Source: a virus
Taxonomy: Duplodnaviria; Heunggongvirae; Uroviricota; Caudoviricetes
Strand: one strand, 5' to 3'
Length of the DNA stretch: 33,509 nucleotides
Virus record (IMG/VR): IMGVR_UViG_2778261537_000013
This document shows positions 8,806 to 18,476 of this stretch, in pieces. The notes below the pieces were generated by a model. The model was not told the DNA's origin. It worked only from the letters and a program-made list of their open reading frames with translations, and searched no databases. Position numbers and translations under genes: made by a program. The stretch's first letter is position 1. Every line of letters begins with the position of its first letter.

Positions 8806-9378
8806 GTGCTGTCTTACTTAATGGCAATTCACTTTGTTTTATTTGGGAACTCTACTAATTTAAAAAACTTCTGGAAATATGAAGTAATTCGGCGGAAACG
8901 TATGGATATCTGGAGGCTTTTAAGAGAGAAAAAACAGCGTAACCGGAATTTCCTTTTCTGGTGGCGGTTGGCTAACGAAATGTATATTAATGGTAATAAA
9001 TCACATAAGAAAGCAGCCAAAAAGTTAAACAGTAAAATAATTAACAAATTTGGTTGCGAAATTGGATTGGGCGCAAATATTGGAAAAGGGTTAACAATTC
9101 CCCATCATGCTGGAATTGTTGTTCATTTTGCTGTTGATGCTGGTGAAAATCTGGTGTTACGACAGAATACGACCATTGGACAGATAGATGGTGACATACC
9201 TGGTTCAAGAGTAAAAATTGGTAGCAACGTTGATATCGGAGCTAATTGTTGCATCATTGGATTATCACGTAAAATTGGGGATAATGTAAAAATAGGTGCA
9301 ATGTCTTTTATAAATAAAGATATACCATCGAACTGCACATATATAACTAAAAAGAGCGGTGTTGTATTGTATAAATAG
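8806..9378 (+). CDS. Hexapeptide-repeat (left-handed beta-helix) acetyltransferase, CysE/WcaB/NodL-like (AT-rich cargo at the Z/fun position)
   Basis: C-terminal half is built of hexapeptide repeats (IGANIGKGLTI, IGSNVDIGANCCIIG, IGDNVKIGAMSFI). GTG start at 8806 is preceded by AAGGAGA; the ORF-track frame opens at 8773. Visibly AT-rich; lies between U and G on the strand opposite to G. Confidence 0.65.
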   Translation: MLSYLMAIHFVLFGNSTNLKNFWKYEVIRRKRMDIWRLLREKKQRNRNFLFWWRLANEMYINGNKSHKKAAKKLNSKIINKFGCEIGLGANIGKGLTIPHHAGIVVHFAVDAGENLVLRQNTTIGQIDGDIPGSRVKIGSNVDIGANCCIIGLSRKIGDNVKIGAMSFINKDIPSNCTYITKKSGVVLYK

Positions 9379-9387
9379 AGTACATAA

Positions 9388-9424
9388 AGCCATCGATACT
9401 TCTATCGATGGCTTTTTCTTTTTA
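9388..9424 (+). terminator. Strong intrinsic terminator between the acetyltransferase gene and the 3' end of G
   Basis: 11-bp perfect stem agccatcgata / tatcgatggct with a cttc loop, followed by TTTTTCTTTTT. Confidence 0.75.
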
Positions 9425-10000
9425 TTGTGGGGCGACTGGCCACTCAATATCTGCTGCTACTGTTGTATCAACACGATTCAACAATACTCGATATGTCTTC
9501 CATGCTGCCAGTAACGATGCCTCTTCCTCCGTCGCAATATCCAAATCTATAGCATCCTGAAGTGGTGCAATATGCTCACTGGCTACCTGCATCAGGCTGT
9601 TTTTTGTTTCTTCCGCCTCCCTTATCCGAAATAGTTTTTCTGCTTCTGCATCTTTCACCCAGGATGTGCCGTTCCACTTCTGATACTCTCCATACGGCGA
9701 CAACCAGGTAACATTTTCCGGTAACGGACCGAGTTCAGAAATAAATAACGAGTCCCCTGATGCCACGTCATAAACCGTTTTACCCCGATGGTCTTCCACG
9801 AGATGCCACGATGCCTCATCACTGTTGAAAACGGCCACGAAGCCAGCCGGAATATCTGGCGGGGCAATATCGGTACTGTTTGCAGGCAGACCTGTATGAG
9901 GTGGAATGTATGCATCACCTTCACCAATAAACTCATTGGTTCCGGTCAGTAGATTATAAATTTTTATGGTCCGTGATTGTTCACTCATTCTGAATGTCAT
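9422..10000 (-). CDS. G: Tail fiber assembly protein (gpG-like)
   Basis: 192 aa directly downstream of the tail fiber gene with an overlapping stop/start; size and position match P2 G. Confidence 0.8.
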   Translation of the reverse strand: MTFRMSEQSRTIKIYNLLTGTNEFIGEGDAYIPPHTGLPANSTDIAPPDIPAGFVAVFNSDEASWHLVEDHRGKTVYDVASGDSLFISELGPLPENVTWLSPYGEYQKWNGTSWVKDAEAEKLFRIREAEETKNSLMQVASEHIAPLQDAIDLDIATEEEASLLAAWKTYRVLLNRVDTTVAADIEWPVAPQ

Positions 10001-12132
10001 TATGCAAGCCTCACAATATAGTTAAATGCGATGTTTTTTACGGTGTTTTCTGCGTTCCCCGTAGCATTAACGGTGATGGTGTGTCCGTGGGGACCAATAA
10101 TGACAGAATGGGCATGAGCACCAATGCCGATAGTGTGGTTATGGGCACCGATATATACATTGTGAGCATGCCCTCCTGCGCTCGACGTGGTACCAGTACC
10201 TAACGCAGCGTTATAACCGGCTGATACACCATTCCCCGCGCCAGTGTGACCAACAGGTATATTGTGTGAATGAGCTCCTGCGCTATTTGTGGTTTTTGTG
10301 CCGTAATCAAATGAACTGGTCGTTTTAGTACCGTAATCAAACGACGATGTGGTTTTCGTCCCCAAATCAGTACTGGATGCGCTGGCGCTGTGGGTGTGCG
10401 ATTTAATGCCGTCCTGTTCCTGAGACAATACGGCACGACCACTGGCAGGTTTGCCCTTGATAGTCCAGCCACGCATATCAGGGATCACGCCTGACGGATA
10501 AGCGACTGCAAGTTTCGGGTATGCAGATTTGTCAAAAGTCTGCCCCTGCATCAGGGTATAACCAGACGGAACGGTATCTGATGGCCACGGAATCGGTGCA
10601 CCGACTGGATAAAACTCTTCAGGAGGATGAGCCGAGGTGTAAAGCTGCGCCCACGGCGACCAGTTTGCGTCGGTCGTATCCCGTCGTGAACGAATAAATG
10701 CCGGAGCATGAGCACCGCTTATACCACTCCAGCCGATGAGTAATTCGCCTTCGCCAACGGCTGTCATCCCTTTCAGGTGAATGATATTTCCATACGCTGT
10801 TGGATATCCGTTGTTATACGCCTCGTATAACTCCAGACCTGTGGCCCCCTGCATATTATCTGTCAGGGCGGTCACCCGACCTTTTGAAGCCAGATTAACT
10901 GACGATACTGCTGTCCCATCTGACGGTAACGCCCCGATCTCTGATGCTGTTGGCTTATTCCTGGAGTTATAGTCCCTTCGCCAGCCAGGAGCATAAGCAT
11001 CACCATGATTAATATAAGTAAATTGAGCATTAGGGATGCCTTCACCGCTGGATGTACTCGGTGTGGTAATGCGTATGGTCATTGCGCCGCGGGTGCCAAT
11101 AACTTCCACAACAGCACCTGCAAGACAAATATTTCCGCAACCTGTATCTGTAATGACCTTATTACTTGCATAAGCCCATGAGCCTTTGCACATCCAGTAA
11201 GGATGGTTAAATGCCCCCTGACTCTCTAGCCAAAAAATCAACTGCGCAGTTGTCCATGCTTCACTATCTCCACCAATATTCAGCTCTGCACTATATGCAC
11301 GGCAGGCACCGATATTTTTCGTAAAGGTGTCTTTGTCAGAGATATCCTCACCATTCTTAGCTTTCTGCAGACGTTTTTCAGCATTGTCATAGGCAGCTTT
11401 TACTGCATTTGATGTTGCCGCCAGCGTTTCAGACGTGCTGTTGGTTGCACTGCTGAGCTGGACTATCCCTTTTTGTGCCGTAGTGGCGTCCTGAGCGGTA
11501 TATTTTCCGTTAGCCATGTCATACGCTGCCTTAACCGCTTTCGGCGTTGCAGCCAGCGTTTCAGAATCGCTGTTAGTGGCGCTACTGAGTTGAACAAAGC
11601 CTTTTGCGGTCAGCGAGGCGTCCGGGTGACGTCGTGACTGTTCATGTTCTTTCAGTTTGTCATTCACGTAATCCACTGTGGCCATAACCATGGTGTTATC
11701 CACGGTAAGCGCCACGGTGGCAGTGCTGGATACGGTCAGAATGGTGCGAAATGTTTGTGCACGTCCGGATCCTTCGGCAACGGTTGGCTTGTAACTTTCG
11801 GCAGTATTGCCCACCGCGATCAAATCGCCGTGCTCATCAAATACACCAATTTCCCGGATCCAGAATCCGCCCGTTTCAGGAGGAATAACCAGCTCCGCAA
11901 TAATGCGGTTCTGATGTGTTGCGTCCAGGATGACGCGATTAACAGTATGTCGCCACACCTCATGCACCAGACGGGTCTGCTTACTGTCTGGTGTGGGCAA
12001 CGTGCCGCCACCGTCGCCCACGGCCATGTGAGTCAGGCGGACAGGATTACCATCTGGCGCGGCTGCCTGAGCTAATTTTTTGGCACCAGTATCAGTGATA
12101 ATGGTTTTAAATTTTCGTGTTGTGGTACTCAT
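10000..12132 (-). CDS. H: Tail fiber protein gpH
   Basis: 710 aa; N-terminus [23 protein letters not shown]... is P2 H-like. Internal duplicated motif ([23 protein letters not shown] twice) and a C-terminal tip with [10 protein letters not shown] tandem repeats and His-X-His repeats. Confidence 0.88.
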   Translation of the reverse strand: MSTTTRKFKTIITDTGAKKLAQAAAPDGNPVRLTHMAVGDGGGTLPTPDSKQTRLVHEVWRHTVNRVILDATHQNRIIAELVIPPETGGFWIREIGVFDEHGDLIAVGNTAESYKPTVAEGSGRAQTFRTILTVSSTATVALTVDNTMVMATVDYVNDKLKEHEQSRRHPDASLTAKGFVQLSSATNSDSETLAATPKAVKAAYDMANGKYTAQDATTAQKGIVQLSSATNSTSETLAATSNAVKAAYDNAEKRLQKAKNGEDISDKDTFTKNIGACRAYSAELNIGGDSEAWTTAQLIFWLESQGAFNHPYWMCKGSWAYASNKVITDTGCGNICLAGAVVEVIGTRGAMTIRITTPSTSSGEGIPNAQFTYINHGDAYAPGWRRDYNSRNKPTASEIGALPSDGTAVSSVNLASKGRVTALTDNMQGATGLELYEAYNNGYPTAYGNIIHLKGMTAVGEGELLIGWSGISGAHAPAFIRSRRDTTDANWSPWAQLYTSAHPPEEFYPVGAPIPWPSDTVPSGYTLMQGQTFDKSAYPKLAVAYPSGVIPDMRGWTIKGKPASGRAVLSQEQDGIKSHTHSASASSTDLGTKTTSSFDYGTKTTSSFDYGTKTTNSAGAHSHNIPVGHTGAGNGVSAGYNAALGTGTTSSAGGHAHNVYIGAHNHTIGIGAHAHSVIIGPHGHTITVNATGNAENTVKNIAFNYIVRLA

Positions 12133-12134
12133 GC

Positions 12135-12665
12135 TTAATCGTCCGGATAAATGGTAATGACTTCACCGTCGTAAGTTGCTGCCGCCGCGAAAATATCCCC
12201 CGGGATCTCCTGAATGATATTCAGCCCTGTCATGTGGCGGCTGACCGGGCGGGCATCAGCAATCAACCGCTCCATTTCCAGATACATTTCCTCCGTCACG
12301 CCACTGTCCAGCGTGCCGACTTCAACGGTAAATGTTCCCGGTTCTCCGCCGAACTCCCACCACTCAGACACACGAATGAGGTATCCCAGCGGCTCAATGG
12401 CCCGGCGCAGTGCGCTGATGGTCCCTTTGTGTCGGTGTATCAGCCATGCATCACGAATCACCTGTCGCTTTGTCTCTTCCGGCCAGTTGCGATCCCAGCG
12501 GTCAACGGAAAATGCCCAGGCGAGATAAGGCAGCAGATGCACCGGGCAGGTGTCCGGCGACCACAGCGTGTTGAGGTCTACCGGAATGTCTGTAATGCGC
12601 GTTCCGACAGCTTCGGCACAACGCATGAAATTGCTGGCTGATGGCGGTAACAGTGAATTACTCAT
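12135..12665 (-). CDS. I: Baseplate protein gpI
   Basis: P2 gpI-like; start chosen at the internal Met (MSNSLLPP), giving 176 aa and an 8-nt overlap with J. The ORF-track frame is open to 12698. Confidence 0.85.
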   Translation of the reverse strand: MSNSLLPPSASNFMRCAEAVGTRITDIPVDLNTLWSPDTCPVHLLPYLAWAFSVDRWDRNWPEETKRQVIRDAWLIHRHKGTISALRRAIEPLGYLIRVSEWWEFGGEPGTFTVEVGTLDSGVTEEMYLEMERLIADARPVSRHMTGLNIIQEIPGDIFAAAATYDGEVITIYPDD

Positions 12666-13554
12666 TACGCCCACCTTCGCTGATGGTGAATGACTCACAG
12701 CGCGCCGCCTGTATGTCGCTGATGGCCATATTTTGTGTGGGTTCGATTATCTCCACGCGTTGCACACCGTGCACATGCAGTGCGGCAGCAATGGCGGACA
12801 ACGCCACGTCCTGACCGATAAGCCCCTGCTCAGACAGCCACTTCCTGAACGACGATTCCGCCGCGGCCAGAATAGGTTCGGATTCCGGGCCGGGGTAAAA
12901 GTACAGTTTTGCATTCAGCCGCCATGTCACGATTCTGGCACTCTGTACGGTCAGGCGGTCGGCCACCGGGCGGGTATCCTCTGCATTCAGAACGGCGCGA
13001 ACGGTATTAAGCAACGCCTCCGTTGCTGTGCCGTCGCCCTCAGTGGACAGGATGGAAACCGTCACGTTGGCCGGAGACGGGCTGATGGCCCGCGCATCGC
13101 GTACCAGACCGCTGGCGCTGCGGGCAAAATACTCGTATGCACCTGAAGGGCCAGCAACACTCAGACCGTCATATGCCCGTTGCGCCCGTAGTCTCAGCGA
13201 GGTGTCACTTTCCATCACTGCGTCGGTGGTATCCGTTGCCGGAGTGATGGTCAGGCGTTTTGTGTTCATATTGCCCGCGAGGTTGTCCAGGTCTGTCCCG
13301 GCGCTGTGGCTTAACATGCAGGCGCGTGCCCCCTCATTGATCCGCTGGCGTAACAGCATTTCGCGAAACGCTGTTGTCTGGGCGATAACGTTCAGGGGTT
13401 CCGATTCCAGCTCCAGCGCGGCGGAGACGGCTTCACGCTGTTCGGCGGGATAAGCCGCAATCATCATGGCCTTTGTGTCAGCCAGAATTGCCTCAAACTC
13501 AGGCTCCGCGATGATGGCGGGTTCCGGTAACTGGGAAAGGTCAACAGCAGGCAT
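12658..13554 (-). CDS. J: Baseplate wedge protein gpJ
   Basis: 298 aa, P2 J-like, between W and I. Confidence 0.88.
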   Translation of the reverse strand: MPAVDLSQLPEPAIIAEPEFEAILADTKAMMIAAYPAEQREAVSAALELESEPLNVIAQTTAFREMLLRQRINEGARACMLSHSAGTDLDNLAGNMNTKRLTITPATDTTDAVMESDTSLRLRAQRAYDGLSVAGPSGAYEYFARSASGLVRDARAISPSPANVTVSILSTEGDGTATEALLNTVRAVLNAEDTRPVADRLTVQSARIVTWRLNAKLYFYPGPESEPILAAAESSFRKWLSEQGLIGQDVALSAIAAALHVHGVQRVEIIEPTQNMAISDIQAARCESFTISEGGRNE

Positions 13555-13557
13555 GAT

Positions 13558-13908
13558 TTACTCTCTCAGCGTGATGGTTAATTCAACATTCTGCATGGTC
13601 TGCATGACAGTGCCCGACAGCGTCACCCCGGCGCGGCCTCCTGCCTTCCAGACAACGTCGATAGCGTCCAGGGCAATGCGGGGTTCCCATCGTGTCAGCG
13701 CAATCACGGCAGCACTCATGCATTGCAGACGCGTGGTGTTATTCATGGGTTCGTCAATCAAATCAGGCACAAGGCTGCCATATTCCCGTCGCATAACCCG
13801 GCTTGCCAGCGGGGTGGTCAGGATGTCCCTGACTGACTGTTTCAGGTGTTCCATATCGTTCAGGTTTCCCGTCCCGTCCGGGTTCATTCCTGTGTAGCGG
13901 GTTGTCAC
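13558..13908 (-). CDS. W: Baseplate protein gpW
   Basis: 116 aa; gp25/gpW-family size and position between V and J. Confidence 0.88.
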   Translation of the reverse strand: MTTRYTGMNPDGTGNLNDMEHLKQSVRDILTTPLASRVMRREYGSLVPDLIDEPMNNTTRLQCMSAAVIALTRWEPRIALDAIDVVWKAGGRAGVTLSGTVMQTMQNVELTITLRE

Positions 13909-14486
13909 TGCGGGCCTCCTGTCGAATCGCTGCCACCTTTAACGCCACCGTGTTTATGCGTATGCACTGTGATGCCGTTTGAGGTGAAGTCGCCGCCGCT
14001 GTGCGTGATATTGCCGCTCATCTTTCCCCCTTTTGTGACGTCAATCTCGGCTGTTTTCAGAAGGTTTGTGCATTCCACGACGGGTGTATCCAGTTTCACG
14101 CTGACGGATGCCTGCAAAGTGGCCGTTTTCATGCCGCTGGCACTCAGTGCGCCTGCGTCCGCGTCGTAGCGGAACACCGCGCCGTCCGGCGCGCTGATCA
14201 CGATTTCTTTCAGGCTTTTGCCGGGTGCCGGATTGGCATCACTCCACAGGCTGCCAATTATCATGGCGGTTTCCGGGTTGCCGCCAATGCAGGCAATGAC
14301 CACCTGTTCGCCTGGTGATGGCGGCAGCCACACATTGAAGGCCCCCGCGCGCGTGGTGTTCCAGCGCAACCAGCCTGTTTCCAGTTCGCCGCTGCGAACG
14401 CGCACGCGCCAGGATTCCTCATCAACTTCAGAGATGATCCCGGTGCGGATGATGTTGCTCAGCAGCCGCATGAGTTCTGCGCTCAC
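13905..14486 (-). CDS. V: Baseplate spike/assembly protein gpV
   Basis: 193 aa, P2 V-like, with overlapping stop/start to W. Confidence 0.88.
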   Translation of the reverse strand: MSAELMRLLSNIIRTGIISEVDEESWRVRVRSGELETGWLRWNTTRAGAFNVWLPPSPGEQVVIACIGGNPETAMIIGSLWSDANPAPGKSLKEIVISAPDGAVFRYDADAGALSASGMKTATLQASVSVKLDTPVVECTNLLKTAEIDVTKGGKMSGNITHSGGDFTSNGITVHTHKHGGVKGGSDSTGGPQ

Positions 14487-15127
14487 CGTACAGCCTCCGC
14501 AATCCGGCCCAGCACCGTGTTATAAATCAGGCGTTCATCTGCCTGACTGATGCCCAGCAGCTCACGTACCGGGTAATCGGTGAAAATGCCCGGCGCAACC
14601 TGATCGCGCTCACCGAACTGATGAACGCGTGCAATACGTGCGGCCACGCCGCTGTAACCCACCGTCACACCGGAAGCATCTGCACGGGCTTTCAGGTAGC
14701 GGGCGGTGCGCAGTTTTACGAACATGGGGACGCGCTTTGTGCTGTCCTGGTTGATGCGCCGGGTGCGTATTTCCAGAAAACGGTCGATGTCATCCCGGTA
14801 AAACGTGCGGATATTGTTTTTATCCTCATCCCACCCGGTAATGGTTCGCCCGTATTTCCCCGTGTCGTGATGCCAGTTTTTCAGCGTGCGTGCTTCGTTA
14901 TTCCAGATAAAGCGAATGCGCTCCTGTATCCGGGTTACGCGGCGTCTGCGTGGTGTCCATGCGGTCCCGTCCGGCGCTTTCTGTGACCGGATACGTGCCT
15001 GCTGGGCGCGACGTAAATCCTGTGCCAGCTTTCTGGCGATGTTATTGATGGCCTGCTGATTCAGGCTGTCGCGGATAGCCTCAAAGGTTTCATCCACGCG
15101 GATGAATGCCTTATCCATCGCTTTCAC
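14483..15127 (-). CDS. S: Tail completion / virion morphogenesis protein gpS
   Basis: 214 aa in the position between R and V; basic and arginine-rich like the Phage_tail_S family. Longer than P2 S. Confidence 0.78.
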   Translation of the reverse strand: MKAMDKAFIRVDETFEAIRDSLNQQAINNIARKLAQDLRRAQQARIRSQKAPDGTAWTPRRRRVTRIQERIRFIWNNEARTLKNWHHDTGKYGRTITGWDEDKNNIRTFYRDDIDRFLEIRTRRINQDSTKRVPMFVKLRTARYLKARADASGVTVGYSGVAARIARVHQFGERDQVAPGIFTDYPVRELLGISQADERLIYNTVLGRIAEAVR

Positions 15128-15578
15128 CCCACGTCACATCCTGGAATACATGCGACCAGTCGCCTTCGGAAGATGGCAGGCGGGGTTTTGGCTCCGGCAG
15201 GTGTTCTGCCTGCGGCGTGCCCTGACTGCTGCGCGTGATGCGAACGCGTTCCCGCAGAGGGAGCGTAAACAGGAGATCGGCGCTGTCATCGTCATTGATA
15301 ACGGCGGAAAATTTGATGTCCTGATTACGCTCCGGATTGAGCAACAACTGCGGCTGATTTTCGGATAACCACGCCAGTAGCGGCAGCGTGAGGTCGTCCA
15401 GCTCCCCGGCGTAATCCATGACAAACATCACTATCTGATAGCGGTAAACAAACGATGGAGTTTCTCCGGTCGTTTCAATGTTGCCGCTCTCTACGAAAAT
15501 GGTGAATTTTTCCGGGTTAGCCTGACACCATCGGCATGAACGGGTCATGGCTTCACGCAGGGAATCAGTTTTCAGCAT
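15111..15578 (-). CDS. R: Tail completion protein gpR
   Basis: 155 aa; position after the lysis cassette and size match P2 R. Confidence 0.8.
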   Translation of the reverse strand: MLKTDSLREAMTRSCRWCQANPEKFTIFVESGNIETTGETPSFVYRYQIVMFVMDYAGELDDLTLPLLAWLSENQPQLLLNPERNQDIKFSAVINDDDSADLLFTLPLRERVRITRSSQGTPQAEHLPEPKPRLPSSEGDWSHVFQDVTWGESDG

Positions 15579-15855
15579 GGTTGTTATCCTCGTTGTTCAG
15601 TCGTTGCAGCCTGCGCTGTTCCAGTAATTCAATGGCCCGTTTATCCGCGTTACAGGTTTCCAGTGCATCCAGAAGGCGGTCGCCCCATATACCGAGATTT
15701 CCCCATGTGGGAGTGTCAGGGAAGGGGGGAGGCGTTACCGGTATGGTCAGCGTCTGCGGTATAAGCCGGACTGACGGCGCTGGCCGTGGCGCGTTCTGCG
15801 TGCCTGCGCAGCCTGTCAGTAAAACGAGCGTCAGGCAAAGCGTGGGCGCATTCAT
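15565..15855 (-). CDS. lysC: Outer-membrane spanin lipoprotein (LysC/Rz1-like)
   Basis: Signal peptide with lipobox MNAPTLCLTLVLLTGC, proline-rich mature part; out of frame and overlapping the 3' half of the i-spanin gene. Alternative GTG start at 15885. Confidence 0.65.
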   Translation of the reverse strand: MNAPTLCLTLVLLTGCAGTQNAPRPAPSVRLIPQTLTIPVTPPPFPDTPTWGNLGIWGDRLLDALETCNADKRAIELLEQRRLQRLNNEDNNHAEN

Positions 15856-16123
15856 CTTTTGCAATATCGTTGCGTAGCTGTTCACGTCTTGCCTCTCCGT
15901 CCTGATTGCGTTGCTGATTTTCCACGCGGAGTTGCGCCAGCACCTGCTGCATATCCTGTACCCCGGCGCTGATGATATTCAGGGTGTCGGCGGTACTTTT
16001 CAGGGTGCTGGCCTGCGCTTCGTTTCTGGCGTTCTCCCGGCCCAGCGACCACGACAGACGCATGGATGTTCCCCATCCGGCAATCAGAAGGAAAGCGACG
16101 CCAAGCGTGGGCCAGAGCTTCAT
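15716..16123 (-). CDS. lysB: Inner-membrane spanin (LysB/Rz-like)
   Basis: Start at MKLWPTLGVAFLLIAGWG (N-terminal transmembrane helix) followed by a charged coiled-coil region; its ATG overlaps the endolysin stop. Confidence 0.7.
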   Translation of the reverse strand: MKLWPTLGVAFLLIAGWGTSMRLSWSLGRENARNEAQASTLKSTADTLNIISAGVQDMQQVLAQLRVENQQRNQDGEARREQLRNDIAKDECAHALPDARFTDRLRRHAERATASAVSPAYTADADHTGNASPLP

Positions 16124-16512
16124 GCCGGATAGGCTCCGTGTGGTAACTGAAAATGCGGTCCGTCTTTCAGGGTCTTCCAGTCGCCGCCCCATTCCACCGG
16201 AATATTCAGTTCCCGGCTGGCCTGTCTGAATGCTGCTGCGATTTTTTCGTACAGCGGCCATTCCCATGACACCTGGTTGCCGATATAAGCCACAACATCC
16301 ACGGCATGCCCCGTAAGGTGGCGGCTGTTCATGGTCTGGCTCTTACCCGTGGCCACCAGTTGCTTCTGGCGGTAACGGCTGCGCAACCCTTCGGTGATAC
16401 CAAAATCCACTTCCGAAATTTCCAGTGCCCGTCGGGTCACTTTCACCAGATCAGGATTTACGCCCTGCAAATTCTTTTCGCTCCGGCTGCTGAATTTAAA
16501 TGTGTTGCTCAT
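16120..16512 (-). CDS. Endolysin, peptidase M15 family (L-alanyl-D-glutamate peptidase-like)
   Basis: 130 aa with the SxHxxGxAxD motif (SRHLTGHAVDV) of zinc-dependent M15/VanY peptidases; lies between the holin and spanin genes. Confidence 0.8.
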   Translation of the reverse strand: MSNTFKFSSRSEKNLQGVNPDLVKVTRRALEISEVDFGITEGLRSRYRQKQLVATGKSQTMNSRHLTGHAVDVVAYIGNQVSWEWPLYEKIAAAFRQASRELNIPVEWGGDWKTLKDGPHFQLPHGAYPA

Positions 16513-16832
16513 TCGTCCTTCTCCTTCACCCTGCGATTAAAGGCCGCAATAACCTTGTCGCGTGCTTTCTCTGCGCCCATAAAACCGATTGATGCGCCGA
16601 TAAACGTCACGGCATCTTCAGGAAACCCGAAGAAGCGCAACGACCCGGCCACGGCCATGGCAAGAACGCCGCACGCCAGCGATCCCGTTACGGTCTGAAC
16701 CAGTGTTCGTCCGTCATAAAGACTCATCAGCGCGGAAATGCTGACTGCCGCGCCTACTGCATACACCGTTGGCAGGTGGTCAAAGAGCCACGCAATAACC
16801 TGCTCTGTGATCCCTGTTTGAATGGTGCTCAC
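16509..16832 (-). CDS. Holin (predicted 3 transmembrane segments)
   Basis: 107 codons from GTG 16832 (preceded by GGGGGGAG) immediately after the X stop; three hydrophobic segments and a charged C-terminal tail; sits in the P2 Y position. The ORF-track frame is open to 17051. Confidence 0.6.
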   Translation of the reverse strand: MSTIQTGITEQVIAWLFDHLPTVYAVGAAVSISALMSLYDGRTLVQTVTGSLACGVLAMAVAGSLRFFGFPEDAVTFIGASIGFMGAEKARDKVIAAFNRRVKEKDE

Positions 16833-16834
16833 TG

Positions 16835-17041
16835 CTACTCCCCCCACAACTGAATCATTTCTCGTTTCTTCTTCTCCGGCTCCGGCATCTCCACTTCCTG
16901 CCCGGCGTCCAGAAATACCTGCTGACAGAGTCCGGGGTTGGCATCCAGCACCTTTTCGGTGACGCCCTGCGTCGTGCCGTAGTACCGGAAACAGAGCGAA
17001 TCCACGGTGTCGCTTTCCAGTGCCTTCACTTTCATCAGCAC
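16835..17041 (-). CDS. X: Tail protein gpX (LysM-like)
   Basis: 68 aa between L and the holin; size and order as P2 X. Confidence 0.75.
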   Translation of the reverse strand: MLMKVKALESDTVDSLCFRYYGTTQGVTEKVLDANPGLCQQVFLDAGQEVEMPEPEKKKREMIQLWGE

Positions 17042-17538
17042 AACTCCGCAAAGATTCGCGGGCGGCGCAGAATGTCAGAGATGGCCCAGCTCACATCGCG
17101 CCACAAATCCGATGTCTGTATATCCAGTGCGTCCGCGCGGCGGTCGCCCTTATCCGTTGTGTCCGCATCGCGGTAACGCTCCAGAATCAGGGCGCGTGTG
17201 GCGGTATAAACGGCATTGCGCCAGTGCCAGAGATTGACGCTTTCTCCGTTAATTACGGGGGCCGGAACATCGGCCAGCGTCTGATGGCCAGCCGCCTGCT
17301 GTTCTTGCTGCCACGCTTCCAGCTCGCGGGTAACGTGTGCCACGGCCCCGGTGGCGGTATGCAGCAGGCGGGAGGTGGTCACACGGCCCGGCAGTCGTAT
17401 CGCCAGACGCAGCTCACGCAGCACAATATCCGGCCAGAATGCACCCGCTGAAATACGGGTATCACCATCATCGGTATCGGTGATGTCGTCCTCTGCGGGG
17501 CCGGGGTTGGTTCTGGCAACCATACTCATGGGGTTCAC
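17035..17538 (-). CDS. L: Head completion/stabilisation protein gpL
   Basis: 167 aa following M; P2 L size and position. Confidence 0.85.
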   Translation of the reverse strand: MNPMSMVARTNPGPAEDDITDTDDGDTRISAGAFWPDIVLRELRLAIRLPGRVTTSRLLHTATGAVAHVTRELEAWQQEQQAAGHQTLADVPAPVINGESVNLWHWRNAVYTATRALILERYRDADTTDKGDRRADALDIQTSDLWRDVSWAISDILRRPRIFAELC

Positions 17539-17630
17539 TCCTGAAAAAATCGGGCGGTGGGTGCGCGGTGTAAACGGTCACGGAGTCAAACCGGAACACC
17601 GCGCACGCCGCCCGCTGACGGGGTCAGTCG

Positions 17631-18431
17631 TTAACCGCGCTTCGCCTTCTGCGTCGCGGTGGTTTTTCGTGTTGCAGGCTTCCGCGTTGTCTTTTTACTT
17701 TTGCTGCTTTCGTCCTGCGCCTGCGGTGTGCTGGCGTCTTCTGGTGCGGCTGCGGAATCGGCTTTTTTCAGGGCGCGGGAAAGGGTTGCAATCTCGCGTT
17801 TCACACCTGCGTTCGGGTTCAGGTGCATCGCTTCGCGCAGCAGCTTCAGTGATAAGGCCATGTTGTCTGCATCGGTCAGACCACGACGGGCAAAGGCGCA
17901 CGCCTTGCATAATTTGGCGCGCACTTCGTCCGGCATGTCCTGGTCGGTGACAATCTCCCGGAGGGTGTCCAGTGGTTCGATAAAGGCGGACAAATCCGCG
18001 TCGGCATCCGTCCCGGCCTGCGTCAGTACCGGATTACAGATTTCTTCGGTCAGTACCGTGGCAGCAGTACGGCCAAAGTTATCCGGCATAATGAGGTTAT
18101 GACGGACCACATACGCACCAATACGCAACGCCAGCGGAAGATCGCCGCAGTCAATCGCCCACACCATCAGCGTGGCAATCACTTCGTCCTGCTGCCCGCC
18201 GTCAGCCTCCAGCGTTCCCTCAATCCAGCCGGAAAAGTCCGGCAACAACTCTTTTTTGATGGCGGCTTTCGCGCTTCTGGCCTGTACGCCCTTAAGCCGG
18301 GCCTGTGCCAGACGCAGACGATACAGCACCTCTTCATGCGCGGTACGCGCGGCGTGGTCCACGCCTTCATTCGCCCGGCCTGCGCGCTGTGCCATCACGT
18401 TCTGCCAGTGTTGCTGTGCAGGAGTAATCAT
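17631..18431 (-). CDS. M: Terminase endonuclease (small) subunit gpM
   Basis: 266 aa with a lysine-rich C-terminal tail; lies between N and L as in P2. Confidence 0.85.
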   Translation of the reverse strand: MITPAQQHWQNVMAQRAGRANEGVDHAARTAHEEVLYRLRLAQARLKGVQARSAKAAIKKELLPDFSGWIEGTLEADGGQQDEVIATLMVWAIDCGDLPLALRIGAYVVRHNLIMPDNFGRTAATVLTEEICNPVLTQAGTDADADLSAFIEPLDTLREIVTDQDMPDEVRAKLCKACAFARRGLTDADNMALSLKLLREAMHLNPNAGVKREIATLSRALKKADSAAAPEDASTPQAQDESSKSKKTTRKPATRKTTATQKAKRG

Positions 18432-18476
18432 TTTTTCTCTCCGTTACAGGCGGGCATGATGCCCGCCGTGAGTTGA

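Noticed and set aside
9422-12132. Invertible tail-fiber segment (Gin/Cin/Min-type host-range switch)
   Set aside because: No invertase gene, no alternative fiber C-terminal cassettes and no flanking inverted crossover sites were seen around G and H.
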